This document shows positions 38,561 to 48,640 of a DNA stretch of 51,082 nucleotides, one piece after another. How positions within the stretch are numbered: the stretch's first letter is position 1; each line of letters opens with the position of its first letter. Where the stretch lies: NCBI GenBank assembly GCA_028821785.1, contig JAPKFC010000004.1, forward strand, positions 1 to 51,082, read 5' to 3'. Source of the stretch: Candidatus Poseidoniaceae archaeon (lineage in GTDB: Archaea > Thermoplasmatota > Poseidoniia > Poseidoniales > Poseidoniaceae). The notes under the pieces are model-generated. The model did not search any database, was not told the origin of the DNA, and worked only from the letters and a program-made list of their open reading frames with translations. Position numbers and translations under genes: made by a program.

Positions 38561-40159
38561 TCAACTACTTTGCCGATAACTTACTGCAGAAAAATCATCC
38601 ATTCCAGTTTGAGGTTCAACCCAATCAGGGTCTCCTGGCAGCACTAATCCATCTCCTAACTGAGTTAATTGTTGAGCAATAGAACGTTGGTTTTGTTGTA
38701 ATTTTTCCCAATCAATTTCATCGTCTGACCATCGAGACCATCTCTTCAAACTACGATGACTACGGACTAAATTTGCATATAGTTTCAAATGTAACTTGGC
38801 TGAGTTTGGCCACCAATACATGAAAATTAGGAAAACGAAGATGAATGGCAAATGTGTTAAAGATTCTAATAACCAATGCATAGACAATAATTCATTGACT
38901 GGACTAGTCTCAGCCAATAGCGCCCAAGTAACCATTAGAGATGCAATGACCCACCAAATTGGGAAGGTAATTACGGCTGCAAGAACTTTGTATGTCCCCA
39001 ATGCAGACTTGTCTACTGCATCTGATTTCTTCAAAAAATGCATCACTAAGTAATTGGTTTGATAGGCAGGCATATTGCCAATTACTGCACTCCAAGTGAT
39101 TAATCCAAGCATCCAAACGGCAGCCCATGCCCACTTTACCATTAGGATGAAGCCGTTAGATGTGCTCATTCGTTCGGGCTTACTGTCAACATCTAACGGA
39201 CTGATTCCTCGATCATCCAAATTTGCAAAATGTTCGGTGCAATCTTCAACAATTTTTGCAGTCTTTTCTGGTTCGTTTTGAGCCATGAACTCCCATCCAG
39301 CACGAATTCTTCTAGCACCTAATACCGATTGATAATAAGTTGGTTTTGTAAAAGCCTCACCCATTTGTCGAGCCCTCTCAGCATGGACTACTCCTTTCCC
39401 TCTCCAAATGAATTCCCTTTCTTCCCAAGAGGTTTTGGATAGTGATGCGCGTTTTAATTCAAAATCAATGGCTTTTGTCACCGAAGTAACCCATTCTCTA
39501 TCGAGTTTATCTTGCACTTCAAAGTCCTCAATAATCTCAGGTAATTGTGGTAAGACCATCGGTCTTTCAATAACTACTGCACAACGTTCTCTGAAAGTAG
39601 CTGCATCAGAATAGTGCAACCCGATTGGCACCAATTGGGGTCTTGGTTTACCCATCTCTTCCGCTTCTCTAATCGCTGCTTTGATAATTCTTGCAGCCCC
39701 CGAGCGAGCCTGTTTGGAACTCGCCTCTGAATGGGTCGTTCCTTCGGGGAAAATAATCAACCTTCCACCATTTGCAACAGCGCTTGATACTGTCGCTAAT
39801 TGATTTTTATTCCTATCGCTTGCAGCCGCTTTGTTTTTACTATCTTGTGAACGTTCAATCGGCAAGGCTCCCGCAGCTTTGATGAATCTGCCTAAAATTG
39901 GTACTTTGAAGAGTGTATGTTTGGCAATCATCGACTGCTTACCAGGTAGGGAAGCATGCATTAGCATGGGGTCGATAAGTCCTGATGGGTGCCATGCAAT
40001 GAATAGAAGTCCGCCTTCTGATGGCAGATTATCTGAATCTATCAGATCAATTTCTCGGAACCAAACAGATACTAAAGCACGTGTAAATCTGCGGGTCAGG
40101 CGATAAATGAATCCAACTTTGGGATGACTATCTCCGACCGGGTCTTTTAGCCACTTCAT
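38561..40159 (-). CDS. Glycerolipid acyltransferase (PlsC/GPAT superfamily) with C-terminal membrane domain
   Basis: WHPSGLIDP, IAKHTLF, ALPIERSQD, IFPEGTTH, GAARI and VPIGLHY. Confidence 0.9.
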   Translation of the reverse strand: MKWLKDPVGDSHPKVGFIYRLTRRFTRALVSVWFREIDLIDSDNLPSEGGLLFIAWHPSGLIDPMLMHASLPGKQSMIAKHTLFKVPILGRFIKAAGALPIERSQDSKNKAAASDRNKNQLATVSSAVANGGRLIIFPEGTTHSEASSKQARSGAARIIKAAIREAEEMGKPRPQLVPIGLHYSDAATFRERCAVVIERPMVLPQLPEIIEDFEVQDKLDREWVTSVTKAIDFELKRASLSKTSWEEREFIWRGKGVVHAERARQMGEAFTKPTYYQSVLGARRIRAGWEFMAQNEPEKTAKIVEDCTEHFANLDDRGISPLDVDSKPERMSTSNGFILMVKWAWAAVWMLGLITWSAVIGNMPAYQTNYLVMHFLKKSDAVDKSALGTYKVLAAVITFPIWWVIASLMVTWALLAETSPVNELLSMHWLLESLTHLPFIFVFLIFMYWWPNSAKLHLKLYANLVRSHRSLKRWSRWSDDEIDWEKLQQNQRSIAQQLTQLGDGLVLPGDPDWVEPQTGMDDFSAVSYRQSS

Positions 40160-40236
40160 AACCGACCCTAGTTCTAATAGTAATTGAAATAATCACCGGA
40201 CACTATGGCTAAAGAGGTTCTATTGTGATTGAAATA

Positions 40237-42222
40237 TCAATCATCAAGTTCTGCATCTACTATTGATTCAATGTCATCATCAATTGATTCAACATATTGT
40301 TTAGCAGAAACATCAACTGATGCTAAACTTCCTTCTTCCTTGTCGGTAACTAATCCTGCGATCAACAGTACTGCTAAGAAAACTATTGCGAAAGCGCCTA
40401 TTGCGAGAGCAATGCTAGAAATTCCATCTCCATTACCACTTGATGATGAAAGTTCTTTGCTCGGATTCATTAACATAATATCTGCAGTAATAATCGCTGT
40501 TGAATAAGAATCTCCGTCCCCATTGCCAATTCCACGAATAGAAATGGTGTGATTCCCTTCTAAAGTAATTCCAGGCAGATGTTCTAGGTTATGAATTAAA
40601 TCAATGGCTGAAATAGTAAATTCGTCATCGCCATGGTCAAATGAATGAAGGTTGCTCCAATCATCTCTTAGATGATTGCTTCTCCATTGAATTGTATCCA
40701 CTGTTTGTGAAATATTGAATTCCATTACATCTGAACTCTCTAAATGAATACGGTTATCCATGCCAATTTCAGTAATGATATTGATTGTAATATTATTGTT
40801 AAAGTCATAATCTTGTTGTGCTGCTTCCATTACAGAATCAAGTGCTCTTACTTCACCATGACCGTATACATTGTTTTGGCGGTTCTTAGGAGCAAGATCC
40901 TCGATACAAGGTTCATTTTTCAACATATATTCACAGCGACGATAGGTTGCAGTTTCTTGCATTATATTTCGGACATCGAATGGAGATAAATCTGGATTCG
41001 CTTGGTACATTAATGCTGCAACTCCTGCAGCACCTGGTGTCGCCATTGAAGTCCCTGACATGTCGGTATATCCAGTACCACTATTTGCTTCAACAGACAT
41101 TACATTAGAACCGACAAAAGCAACATTTGGCTTTATTCTTCCTTCTTCGGATGGCCCTTGGCTAGAATATACTGCGATTCCAGAATCCTTGTCCAATGCT
41201 CCAACTGTGATTACATCTTCAGCGGAACCTGGAGTTCCGATTGAACCTGATACGGCACTGTTTCCTGCTGCTATAAATAATGCAATTCCAGAACGAACCA
41301 TTTCATTTGCATAGCGATTAACACTGTCTTCTTCAGATGATGTCCATTCGATAGGGCCAGGTCCTCCAAGACTCATGGATGCTGCACGTATATTGAATTC
41401 GAAGCGATGATCAACTGTCCACTGCATACCTGCCATAACTGTTGCAAATGAACCTGAGCCGGCGCCATCAAGCACCTTGACACCGACTAAAAATGCCTGT
41501 GGAGCCATTCCGATATGCTCGTAATTAGGCGCTCCAGTTCCAGCGGTTGTACCAGCACAGTGAGAACCATGGCCATGGTCATCGTAAGGGAATATTTCGG
41601 TTCCATTGGTCGCTGCTGGATTATTTACTGGATCGTAAAAGGCAATCACTTTCGGGTCATAGGTTGAGTTATCATCATCCAAATCATCAATACTTGCGTG
41701 CGCTCCATCAATTCCGGTGTCAATGATGGCAACAGTAGAACCCGCTCCATCATAGCCAGTATTTTGCCAAACTTGGTCGACTCCATGCAATACTGCTGAA
41801 TCTCCATTAGCTATTGTCAAAACACCATCCAATTCAACCATAACTACACCTGGTAGTGAAATCGTTTCTAAAATAGAGCCCGCTGGAACTCTTCCTGCAA
41901 GTGCATCAATATGCTTTAATGTCCATTGATGTTGATAATTTACTTCTCGTTCTAGTAATTCAATTTCTTCTTGGCCAGGTGTGTGGTCAAAATCAATGAT
42001 TAGCGGCAATGTCTCAAATTCATCTAAGAAGATTGGATTGTCCTTGTGCAACTCGACCATATCTCCAATCTTGTTTTGATTGCGGTCAACTGTTGTTTCA
42101 ACCCACCAACCTTCTTCGGAATTATCCTCGGATATTTCTGCATTAACTGGTGCTGACATCATCAAAGTTGGCAATAAAAAAATAGTCATACAGAATATTG
42201 CCATTGCGTTCCGGAATGCCAT
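40237..42222 (-). CDS. Membrane-anchored S8 (subtilase) serine protease
   Basis: Signal peptide and propeptide; triad motifs IIDTG, HGSHCAG and GTSMATP; AAGN; C-terminal TM. Confidence 0.95.
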   Translation of the reverse strand: MAFRNAMAIFCMTIFLLPTLMMSAPVNAEISEDNSEEGWWVETTVDRNQNKIGDMVELHKDNPIFLDEFETLPLIIDFDHTPGQEEIELLEREVNYQHQWTLKHIDALAGRVPAGSILETISLPGVVMVELDGVLTIANGDSAVLHGVDQVWQNTGYDGAGSTVAIIDTGIDGAHASIDDLDDDNSTYDPKVIAFYDPVNNPAATNGTEIFPYDDHGHGSHCAGTTAGTGAPNYEHIGMAPQAFLVGVKVLDGAGSGSFATVMAGMQWTVDHRFEFNIRAASMSLGGPGPIEWTSSEEDSVNRYANEMVRSGIALFIAAGNSAVSGSIGTPGSAEDVITVGALDKDSGIAVYSSQGPSEEGRIKPNVAFVGSNVMSVEANSGTGYTDMSGTSMATPGAAGVAALMYQANPDLSPFDVRNIMQETATYRRCEYMLKNEPCIEDLAPKNRQNNVYGHGEVRALDSVMEAAQQDYDFNNNITINIITEIGMDNRIHLESSDVMEFNISQTVDTIQWRSNHLRDDWSNLHSFDHGDDEFTISAIDLIHNLEHLPGITLEGNHTISIRGIGNGDGDSYSTAIITADIMLMNPSKELSSSSGNGDGISSIALAIGAFAIVFLAVLLIAGLVTDKEEGSLASVDVSAKQYVESIDDDIESIVDAELDD

Positions 42223-42374
42223 CTTGTCACCACCTACAAGGCATCCACTAGCGTTTATCCTTTCAATATAGTGTTTGGTAGTTTTTACATTCGGAATAAA
42301 TATTTCAATAGCAATATTGCTGATTTCCCTTACTTGCCGGAATAATCCTTATAGCAAGAGGTTGTAATCAATGA

Positions 42375-45300
42375 ATGATTATTATGGCTGCACCAACAAG
42401 AACTGCCCCTCAAAGAGTTTCTAACCAAGGATTATTATCACGCGCTACAGATTCTAGTGCGATTTATTCAGCTGCCGAGAATAACGCTAACGCACAACCG
42501 ATGGTAATTAGCCAGCCAGGGAGAGTTAAGACGCGGGAGGATATCAATCTGGAGAAATTTGCCCAATTGGCAATGTATATTGTTGCACTAATTGCCATTT
42601 GGGGCGGGATTTTTAGTATCGCTTTTGATGAAAATGCAACTAATTCTAATTTCCTCATGCTATTTATCGGAGGATTGGTATCTGCAGCGATGGCAATATC
42701 TTGGATTGAATTACAATCGAAGAAAAATGCACATCAATTGATGGAAGTGCAAAACTACATGCTAGGTCTCGGATTCTTCTTTGCAACTGTTGGCACATTA
42801 TGGGGAGCACGTTACCTAATGGGATTCGCTACTGGAAATTTGGGCCTTGAAATCTTTGGAAATCCGGACATATATGTATCTGAAGGATCGGACTGGCAAC
42901 CCAATGCAAATGGAATATATATGCAAGTAATAGCAGTTATTGCTCTATTATATGGAGAAATCAAACTACTCAAACGATACAAAGGTGCAACAACATTTGG
43001 TTGGGGAGTTGCTATTTATAGTCCGTTGGCATTGATGGTTACTGGTGTAGGCCCTTGGATAGATTGGTCCAATAGTATCGTTTCTTACGAGTTGGGACTC
43101 GCTATTATTTTACTCTCTTTCGTCAGCATGGAAGCAGCCTTACGTTCAAATAAATCAATGCACTTCTTCGTTGTCGCAATCGTTTCAGGGCTAGTGCCTA
43201 TTCTTTACGAATTATTCAACACAAATGCTCCTGCTGGAGGCGAAGGTGGCGCATTATCCCTGTTGATATTCATTATTGCGATTCAGGGTTACTATGCCTC
43301 TAAGCAAGAACTACGCTCTGATTTAATGCAGAAAGCAAGTGTTCTATTGGTTGGTGAAGTATTAATTGCAATATTTATCGCTCGTATTAATGATTTGAAT
43401 TTAATTCTTGGACCATTGAGAGCTGAAAACATAGGAATGTTAGCAGAACATCTAACTTTGGCTGTGATGTTGTGGGTTACTGTACTGATTGCATATTTCC
43501 CTGCAGTTATGCAACGTAGAGTACCATGGATGCCTATTGGTTTGGCATTCTCATTATTCTTTTTACCTACGGATTCTAACATTATTCCATGGCTCATCAC
43601 TTTAGTAATGATTCCTTACATGTTATTCATCAACACCAGTACCAGAAAATGGGTCGCTGACCTAACAGTCACAATGATTGCTGTATCATTCATAATGACT
43701 GATTTTATTGCTCGAATAAATGATATCGCTTTCGCCGACATTTTTTCAATTCCTTATCTCCACTATGTTATCCCGATAGTGTTGATTGTTATTGCAGAAA
43801 CCGGTTTCAAGAAAGGAAAAATCTCTTCTTGGGCACACTTATCTATGGTCTCTGCAGTAGTATTATCACGAGCAATATTAGGTGCTGAGGAATGGTTCTT
43901 ACCTTGGGTATTTGTAGCATATATCCTGTATATTGCAAACTACAGCCTCAGTAATGCTACAAAATCTAACACATTTAATGATAGAAAGGAAGCATCCCTA
44001 ACCATAGTAATCGCTCTTGGTTCCACTTTGATATTGGCAATGTTTGGAAAATTAAATTTGCCTGAAACAGCACTTGATAATTATTTATCTGGATTTAATC
44101 TCTCTTTAATGACTTTAGGAATTGTGTCATATTTATTATTACGTATTGGCAGAGATGTTGAATTTGATATCGGGATGTTGATTAGATGGCAAACAAAGAA
44201 AAAGACATCAAACACATTTGATTCTGAATTGAATGCATGGATTGAAGTAGATAATCAAAATGATGAATATCTCATCAAGTTTGAACAAAATTGGTTGAAT
44301 AAATCTTGGGGCTCTCTTCCGAGAGTTAGTGTAATAATTCCCCTTGTTTTTATGACAATTGCAATCGCCTCAGTAGAGTATAGGCCTCTCGCTGAAAACC
44401 CTCTTTGGGTGATGTTTATGGTAATTCCAGTTGCACTCTTAGTTTCTGAGATTCTTGCGCTTGATAAGATTAGTTCCCATACTAGAGCAACTGGAGTATG
44501 GATGTTGGTCATTATGGCCCTTCCAATTGTTATCAAAATGTTAATTGTAAGAGGTGAAGCAACTGCTGATGACATCCCATCTTGGCTTAATGGATTGATA
44601 CTTCCAGCTATTGTTTTGGATTTGATATTGATCGCTGCACCATTCATTGTGAACTCTCAAATAAACAAACGAGGAATAGATGATGATGAATTATCTATTA
44701 ACTCCGATATTGCAGCATTGACTGGACTTCTTATACTTGCAATGATGGATTCTTCAGGAGGTTTACTTCTTATCAGTATGTTTGTTTTAGTAACATTTAG
44801 AGCGATTAAACATAGACACAACAAGGTGCTGTTAGCATCCCCATTGATTTTCTTATTTGTTGGAACAACTTGGTTAACAGAATTTGGATTAGCCAATACA
44901 ATTCTAGATGCATTGGCAATTGATGTTGAATATGGTTTCCTTACAATTGCAAATATTAGTGGATGGATAATTGCAATCCAAATGAGTATCGTTTGGATTA
45001 TGGCAACTAAAGATATTGATTCTGATAAGAAAATTGAATTGCCATGGTGGGGTTCGATGGCTTGGGTTGCGGTAGGATTAATCGCAGCGATTCCTGAAGT
45101 CTCTTGGCTTCCAACCATTTTCACGTTAATGTTGACCGCGAGCGCTATTTACAGAGGAAAGGTTTCATTCATTCCTATGATGCCAATTGCCTTCTTCTTC
45201 TCATTCTTTATGGGAATGATAGGTGATTCCAATTTTACTCATTATAGTGAAGGGGAAATATTTGGATGGAGTGCTATTATTACTGCATTATTCACACTTT

Positions 45301-46454
45301 CACTTTCGGCAATGGAGATGACCGATTGGCTATATTCAAAATGTGATAAAATTGATAATGAACTTGAAAAATGGGGAATGTTTTCAACATCCGTTCAGGC
45401 GGGAAGAGATCAAATTTCCGATGCGCTAAGAATAATGGGTATTGTAGCATTTTTGTTTTCATTTGATGTTGCAGTAGGAATTGGTCCTGTTATTGCTGCT
45501 GTTTGGGTAACTTACATTGCAATACGTAAAGGCAATACAAATGGACTACTATTGATGCCATTATTGCATGGTATTTCAATCGCCAACTGTTTGAGTGAAG
45601 CCGAAATTGGCTCCGCAGAATTTAGACAACTCTTCGTTGGAGTATTAATGGCGATAGAAGGAGGAGCCCTGATCTACTTCTCTACCCAAAATGACAAGGT
45701 ATACGAGTGGCAGACTTTCAATTGGGAGAGCGATAATGATTTCTTAGATTTCATGGACTACTTGGGAATGGGTGGATTACTATCAGCAATTTCGGGAACA
45801 TGGTATGCATTTGAGGGGACGAGTATTGATTCATTTTCTTGGTTAATAATGACTGTTCTCTTTACAATGGTTGCTATTCAAGGATTTTCTAAGGAAAACG
45901 ATGCTCGATGGAGAAGAGGTTTCGGAGGATTTGGTTCATTGGTTACAGCATTCATTTTCGCAAATACATTGAATGATGATATTTTCCAAGCACTTGGATA
46001 TGTCTTCCTTGGAATACTTGGATTCGGTTATGGTGCAATGTTCAGCCAAAGAATTGGTGATGAAGGTGAAATTTATGTCGCTGATGAACAAAGTCAAGAA
46101 GCTATTCTACAAACCACAATGGCAATGCCAGTAGTGGAAGAACAGAGTCAAGACGGTTTACTTCAAGCCACTAAGAAGATAGTTGCAAAGGAAGAAGCAC
46201 CACCAGAAATCGTTGAAGAAATAGATGATGAAGTAATAGAAATTGAACAACCAGTGCCAATAATTGCACCAGCAGAAATTACGGCGATTCATGATGGATT
46301 GATTGAAACTGCTGATGGATTTGCAATTAGACTACCTAGTGATGTGGTACAAAATATTTTGAATTCAATCAACAATACTCCACATGAAGGTTTCAAGCCA
46401 GTACTGGGATTCTCTCCTTCTGGACAAGTTATGTTGAACTTCGAGAATGAATGA
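42375..46454 (+). CDS. Very large hypothetical polytopic membrane protein
   Basis: 1359 aa uninterrupted ORF, roughly 30 or more hydrophobic segments and an acidic C-terminal tail; no motif recognised. Confidence 0.8.
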   Translation: MIIMAAPTRTAPQRVSNQGLLSRATDSSAIYSAAENNANAQPMVISQPGRVKTREDINLEKFAQLAMYIVALIAIWGGIFSIAFDENATNSNFLMLFIGGLVSAAMAISWIELQSKKNAHQLMEVQNYMLGLGFFFATVGTLWGARYLMGFATGNLGLEIFGNPDIYVSEGSDWQPNANGIYMQVIAVIALLYGEIKLLKRYKGATTFGWGVAIYSPLALMVTGVGPWIDWSNSIVSYELGLAIILLSFVSMEAALRSNKSMHFFVVAIVSGLVPILYELFNTNAPAGGEGGALSLLIFIIAIQGYYASKQELRSDLMQKASVLLVGEVLIAIFIARINDLNLILGPLRAENIGMLAEHLTLAVMLWVTVLIAYFPAVMQRRVPWMPIGLAFSLFFLPTDSNIIPWLITLVMIPYMLFINTSTRKWVADLTVTMIAVSFIMTDFIARINDIAFADIFSIPYLHYVIPIVLIVIAETGFKKGKISSWAHLSMVSAVVLSRAILGAEEWFLPWVFVAYILYIANYSLSNATKSNTFNDRKEASLTIVIALGSTLILAMFGKLNLPETALDNYLSGFNLSLMTLGIVSYLLLRIGRDVEFDIGMLIRWQTKKKTSNTFDSELNAWIEVDNQNDEYLIKFEQNWLNKSWGSLPRVSVIIPLVFMTIAIASVEYRPLAENPLWVMFMVIPVALLVSEILALDKISSHTRATGVWMLVIMALPIVIKMLIVRGEATADDIPSWLNGLILPAIVLDLILIAAPFIVNSQINKRGIDDDELSINSDIAALTGLLILAMMDSSGGLLLISMFVLVTFRAIKHRHNKVLLASPLIFLFVGTTWLTEFGLANTILDALAIDVEYGFLTIANISGWIIAIQMSIVWIMATKDIDSDKKIELPWWGSMAWVAVGLIAAIPEVSWLPTIFTLMLTASAIYRGKVSFIPMMPIAFFFSFFMGMIGDSNFTHYSEGEIFGWSAIITALFTLSLSAMEMTDWLYSKCDKIDNELEKWGMFSTSVQAGRDQISDALRIMGIVAFLFSFDVAVGIGPVIAAVWVTYIAIRKGNTNGLLLMPLLHGISIANCLSEAEIGSAEFRQLFVGVLMAIEGGALIYFSTQNDKVYEWQTFNWESDNDFLDFMDYLGMGGLLSAISGTWYAFEGTSIDSFSWLIMTVLFTMVAIQGFSKENDARWRRGFGGFGSLVTAFIFANTLNDDIFQALGYVFLGILGFGYGAMFSQRIGDEGEIYVADEQSQEAILQTTMAMPVVEEQSQDGLLQATKKIVAKEEAPPEIVEEIDDEVIEIEQPVPIIAPAEITAIHDGLIETADGFAIRLPSDVVQNILNSINNTPHEGFKPVLGFSPSGQVMLNFENE

Positions 46455-46460
46455 TCGAGC

Positions 46461-47852
46461 TCAATCACGAGTGGTTGCTCCTTCATCGCCAGCGGTTGTC
46501 CTAGGTGGAATCGTTAAGTTTTGAATACTTGGATAAGCGCCCCAATATGCCTCTCTCGCTTGTTGGTTCAGTTGCATGCAAAGAACGACATCTGAGGCTC
46601 TTGAAGGCATTTCCTCACTGCCATTTAGATGTTTAATAATTGGTTCAATATTACTCAAATTCACCAAACCCCAACCAGTTTGAGTGCAAGGTGCTATCGG
46701 AGAAACCGGTATTGTACCACTGGTAGGATCCCAATCCAAATCAGGATACCAAGCACTCAAGTTTATCGCTTCACGCACATCAGAATTCTTAATCTGAACT
46801 GGATTTCCTTCCGCGTCAGTTCCATTGACTAGATATCCAGATCTATTGGAAGGAGAGGCGCCACTACCATTGTCAGAAAATTGGTCTCTTAATTCCTCTA
46901 ATACAAAGGAAATGATTCCAGCAGTTCTTGGGGTGGCAAAGGAAGTACCAGAAGTCTCATGATAACCATCAATATCTTGGTGATTAGGTAATACCTGAGT
47001 CCAGTCTGCAGAAATATCAGGATATGAGCCAGACATTATTTCTTTTTGGTCGTCTCCTTCTTCGGCATAACCTGCAATACCAATACTCCATGGTGGTCCT
47101 GCTGTAGAATCCTGCACTGCAGGGGAAGGTGAATTATCTGCAGCACCTGCATGAAGTTTCATCTGTGCTACAACCGCCTCTTTGGTTCCTAATTCAATAC
47201 CCGGGGCCGGTACAGAACCTGGTGCTCCGAATGAAGTTGTTATGACATCAACAAGTGGTTGATCAGCCGCTGTAAGTACTGCTTCGGTACTGAATCCTTC
47301 AACGAAGAAAATTATTACATTTGGATTTGCATTTACTACTGCACCGGTAACTGCTGAACCATGACCATCATTTGGGTCATCCAATATTGGAGTTCCTTCA
47401 CCTTCGGTCCAATCCGGTGATTGACCGAAGATTCTAGTTCCTTCAAAGTAAACAACATCATCAGAACCAATCAGGTCCCAGCAACCCGCTCTATCTGCAT
47501 CAACCCTTTCTTGGTATGAACCTTCGAAAGTTAAGTTACAAGTAATTGTAACACCTAGTTGCTGACCTAGCCATGCTGGCAATGTTTCATTATTGCGGAA
47601 ATGATCATGATATACATTAATTCCAGTATCAATTGGTGATACTACGGAAAAAGAGCGCCATTGATTTTGCTCGTTTTTCTCTTCTCCTGACGCATTATCC
47701 ATATCGGAATCAGTATTCATTGCAAATCCTAGCACAATCGTTGACAGAAGTATTGTTGATAACAATGCACCCAGCATCTTCTTGCTAGGGCTAGGACCAA
47801 TTTCGATAATAGCATCCGCAATATCGACTATGGTGTCGGCGGACATACTCAT
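46461..47852 (-). CDS. Divergent S8 family serine protease, N-terminally anchored
   Basis: PIDTGIN, GHGSAV, AADN and SGTSFATP. Confidence 0.85.
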   Translation of the reverse strand: MSMSADTIVDIADAIIEIGPSPSKKMLGALLSTILLSTIVLGFAMNTDSDMDNASGEEKNEQNQWRSFSVVSPIDTGINVYHDHFRNNETLPAWLGQQLGVTITCNLTFEGSYQERVDADRAGCWDLIGSDDVVYFEGTRIFGQSPDWTEGEGTPILDDPNDGHGSAVTGAVVNANPNVIIFFVEGFSTEAVLTAADQPLVDVITTSFGAPGSVPAPGIELGTKEAVVAQMKLHAGAADNSPSPAVQDSTAGPPWSIGIAGYAEEGDDQKEIMSGSYPDISADWTQVLPNHQDIDGYHETSGTSFATPRTAGIISFVLEELRDQFSDNGSGASPSNRSGYLVNGTDAEGNPVQIKNSDVREAINLSAWYPDLDWDPTSGTIPVSPIAPCTQTGWGLVNLSNIEPIIKHLNGSEEMPSRASDVVLCMQLNQQAREAYWGAYPSIQNLTIPPRTTAGDEGATTRD

Positions 47853-47916
47853 GCCTCAAATGTTTCCTTCTTCAACACTACGCCTAATTGAAAGGGTCAA
47901 GCCTCATGGCTTCAAC

Positions 47917-48465
47917 ATGGACGAAAGGTCACAACGCATGGTATGGATAGACCTAGAAATGACTGGATTGGACATTGAATCTGAGTCCATCATTGAAATT
48001 GCAACCGTAATAACCGATGGTGAATTGAATATTCTCGCACAAGGACCAAATTTAGCGATCTCTGTCAATGAAGAATTATTGGCAAATATGGATGAATGGA
48101 ATACCAGCCATCACAACCAGAGTGGGTTAGTAGAGAGAGTTCGTAATAATTCTGTTTCACTTGAGGAAGCAGAAAAGCAAACGCTAGAATTCATCTCAAA
48201 ATGGGTCGATGAAGGTGTTGCACCATTATGTGGTAATTCGATTTGGAATGACCGTAAATTCATGGAAAAGGAAATGAAACAATTAGTACAGTATTTACAC
48301 TATAGAATGATAGATGTCTCCACTATTAAAGAATTATCAAGACGCTGGTATCCGCAAATTGAGGGATTTCAAAAGAAGGGTTGCCACCTAGCTCTTGACG
48401 ACATTTTAGAGTCGATTGAAGAATTAAAATACTTTAGAAATGAACTATTCAAAGTTTCACAATAG
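47917..48465 (+). CDS. orn: Oligoribonuclease (DEDDh)
   Basis: MVWIDLEMTGLD, MDEWN, PLCGNS, HYRMIDVSTIKEL and HLALDDILESIEELKYFR; start MDER at 47917. Confidence 0.95.
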   Translation: MDERSQRMVWIDLEMTGLDIESESIIEIATVITDGELNILAQGPNLAISVNEELLANMDEWNTSHHNQSGLVERVRNNSVSLEEAEKQTLEFISKWVDEGVAPLCGNSIWNDRKFMEKEMKQLVQYLHYRMIDVSTIKELSRRWYPQIEGFQKKGCHLALDDILESIEELKYFRNELFKVSQ

Positions 48466-48640
48466 GCTATCTAAGAGAAATACTGAAACACCGTTGAAAT
48501 TGATATTCAATTTTATTTTTATGCTGATTGCACTCGGTTTAGTATGGCTCTCATTAATTGAAGGTGTGAATCTATTTGAGATTTTTCAAATATAGAGATT
48601 TTACAAATAAAGTAATTATGTATGACGCTAAGGGAGGAAT

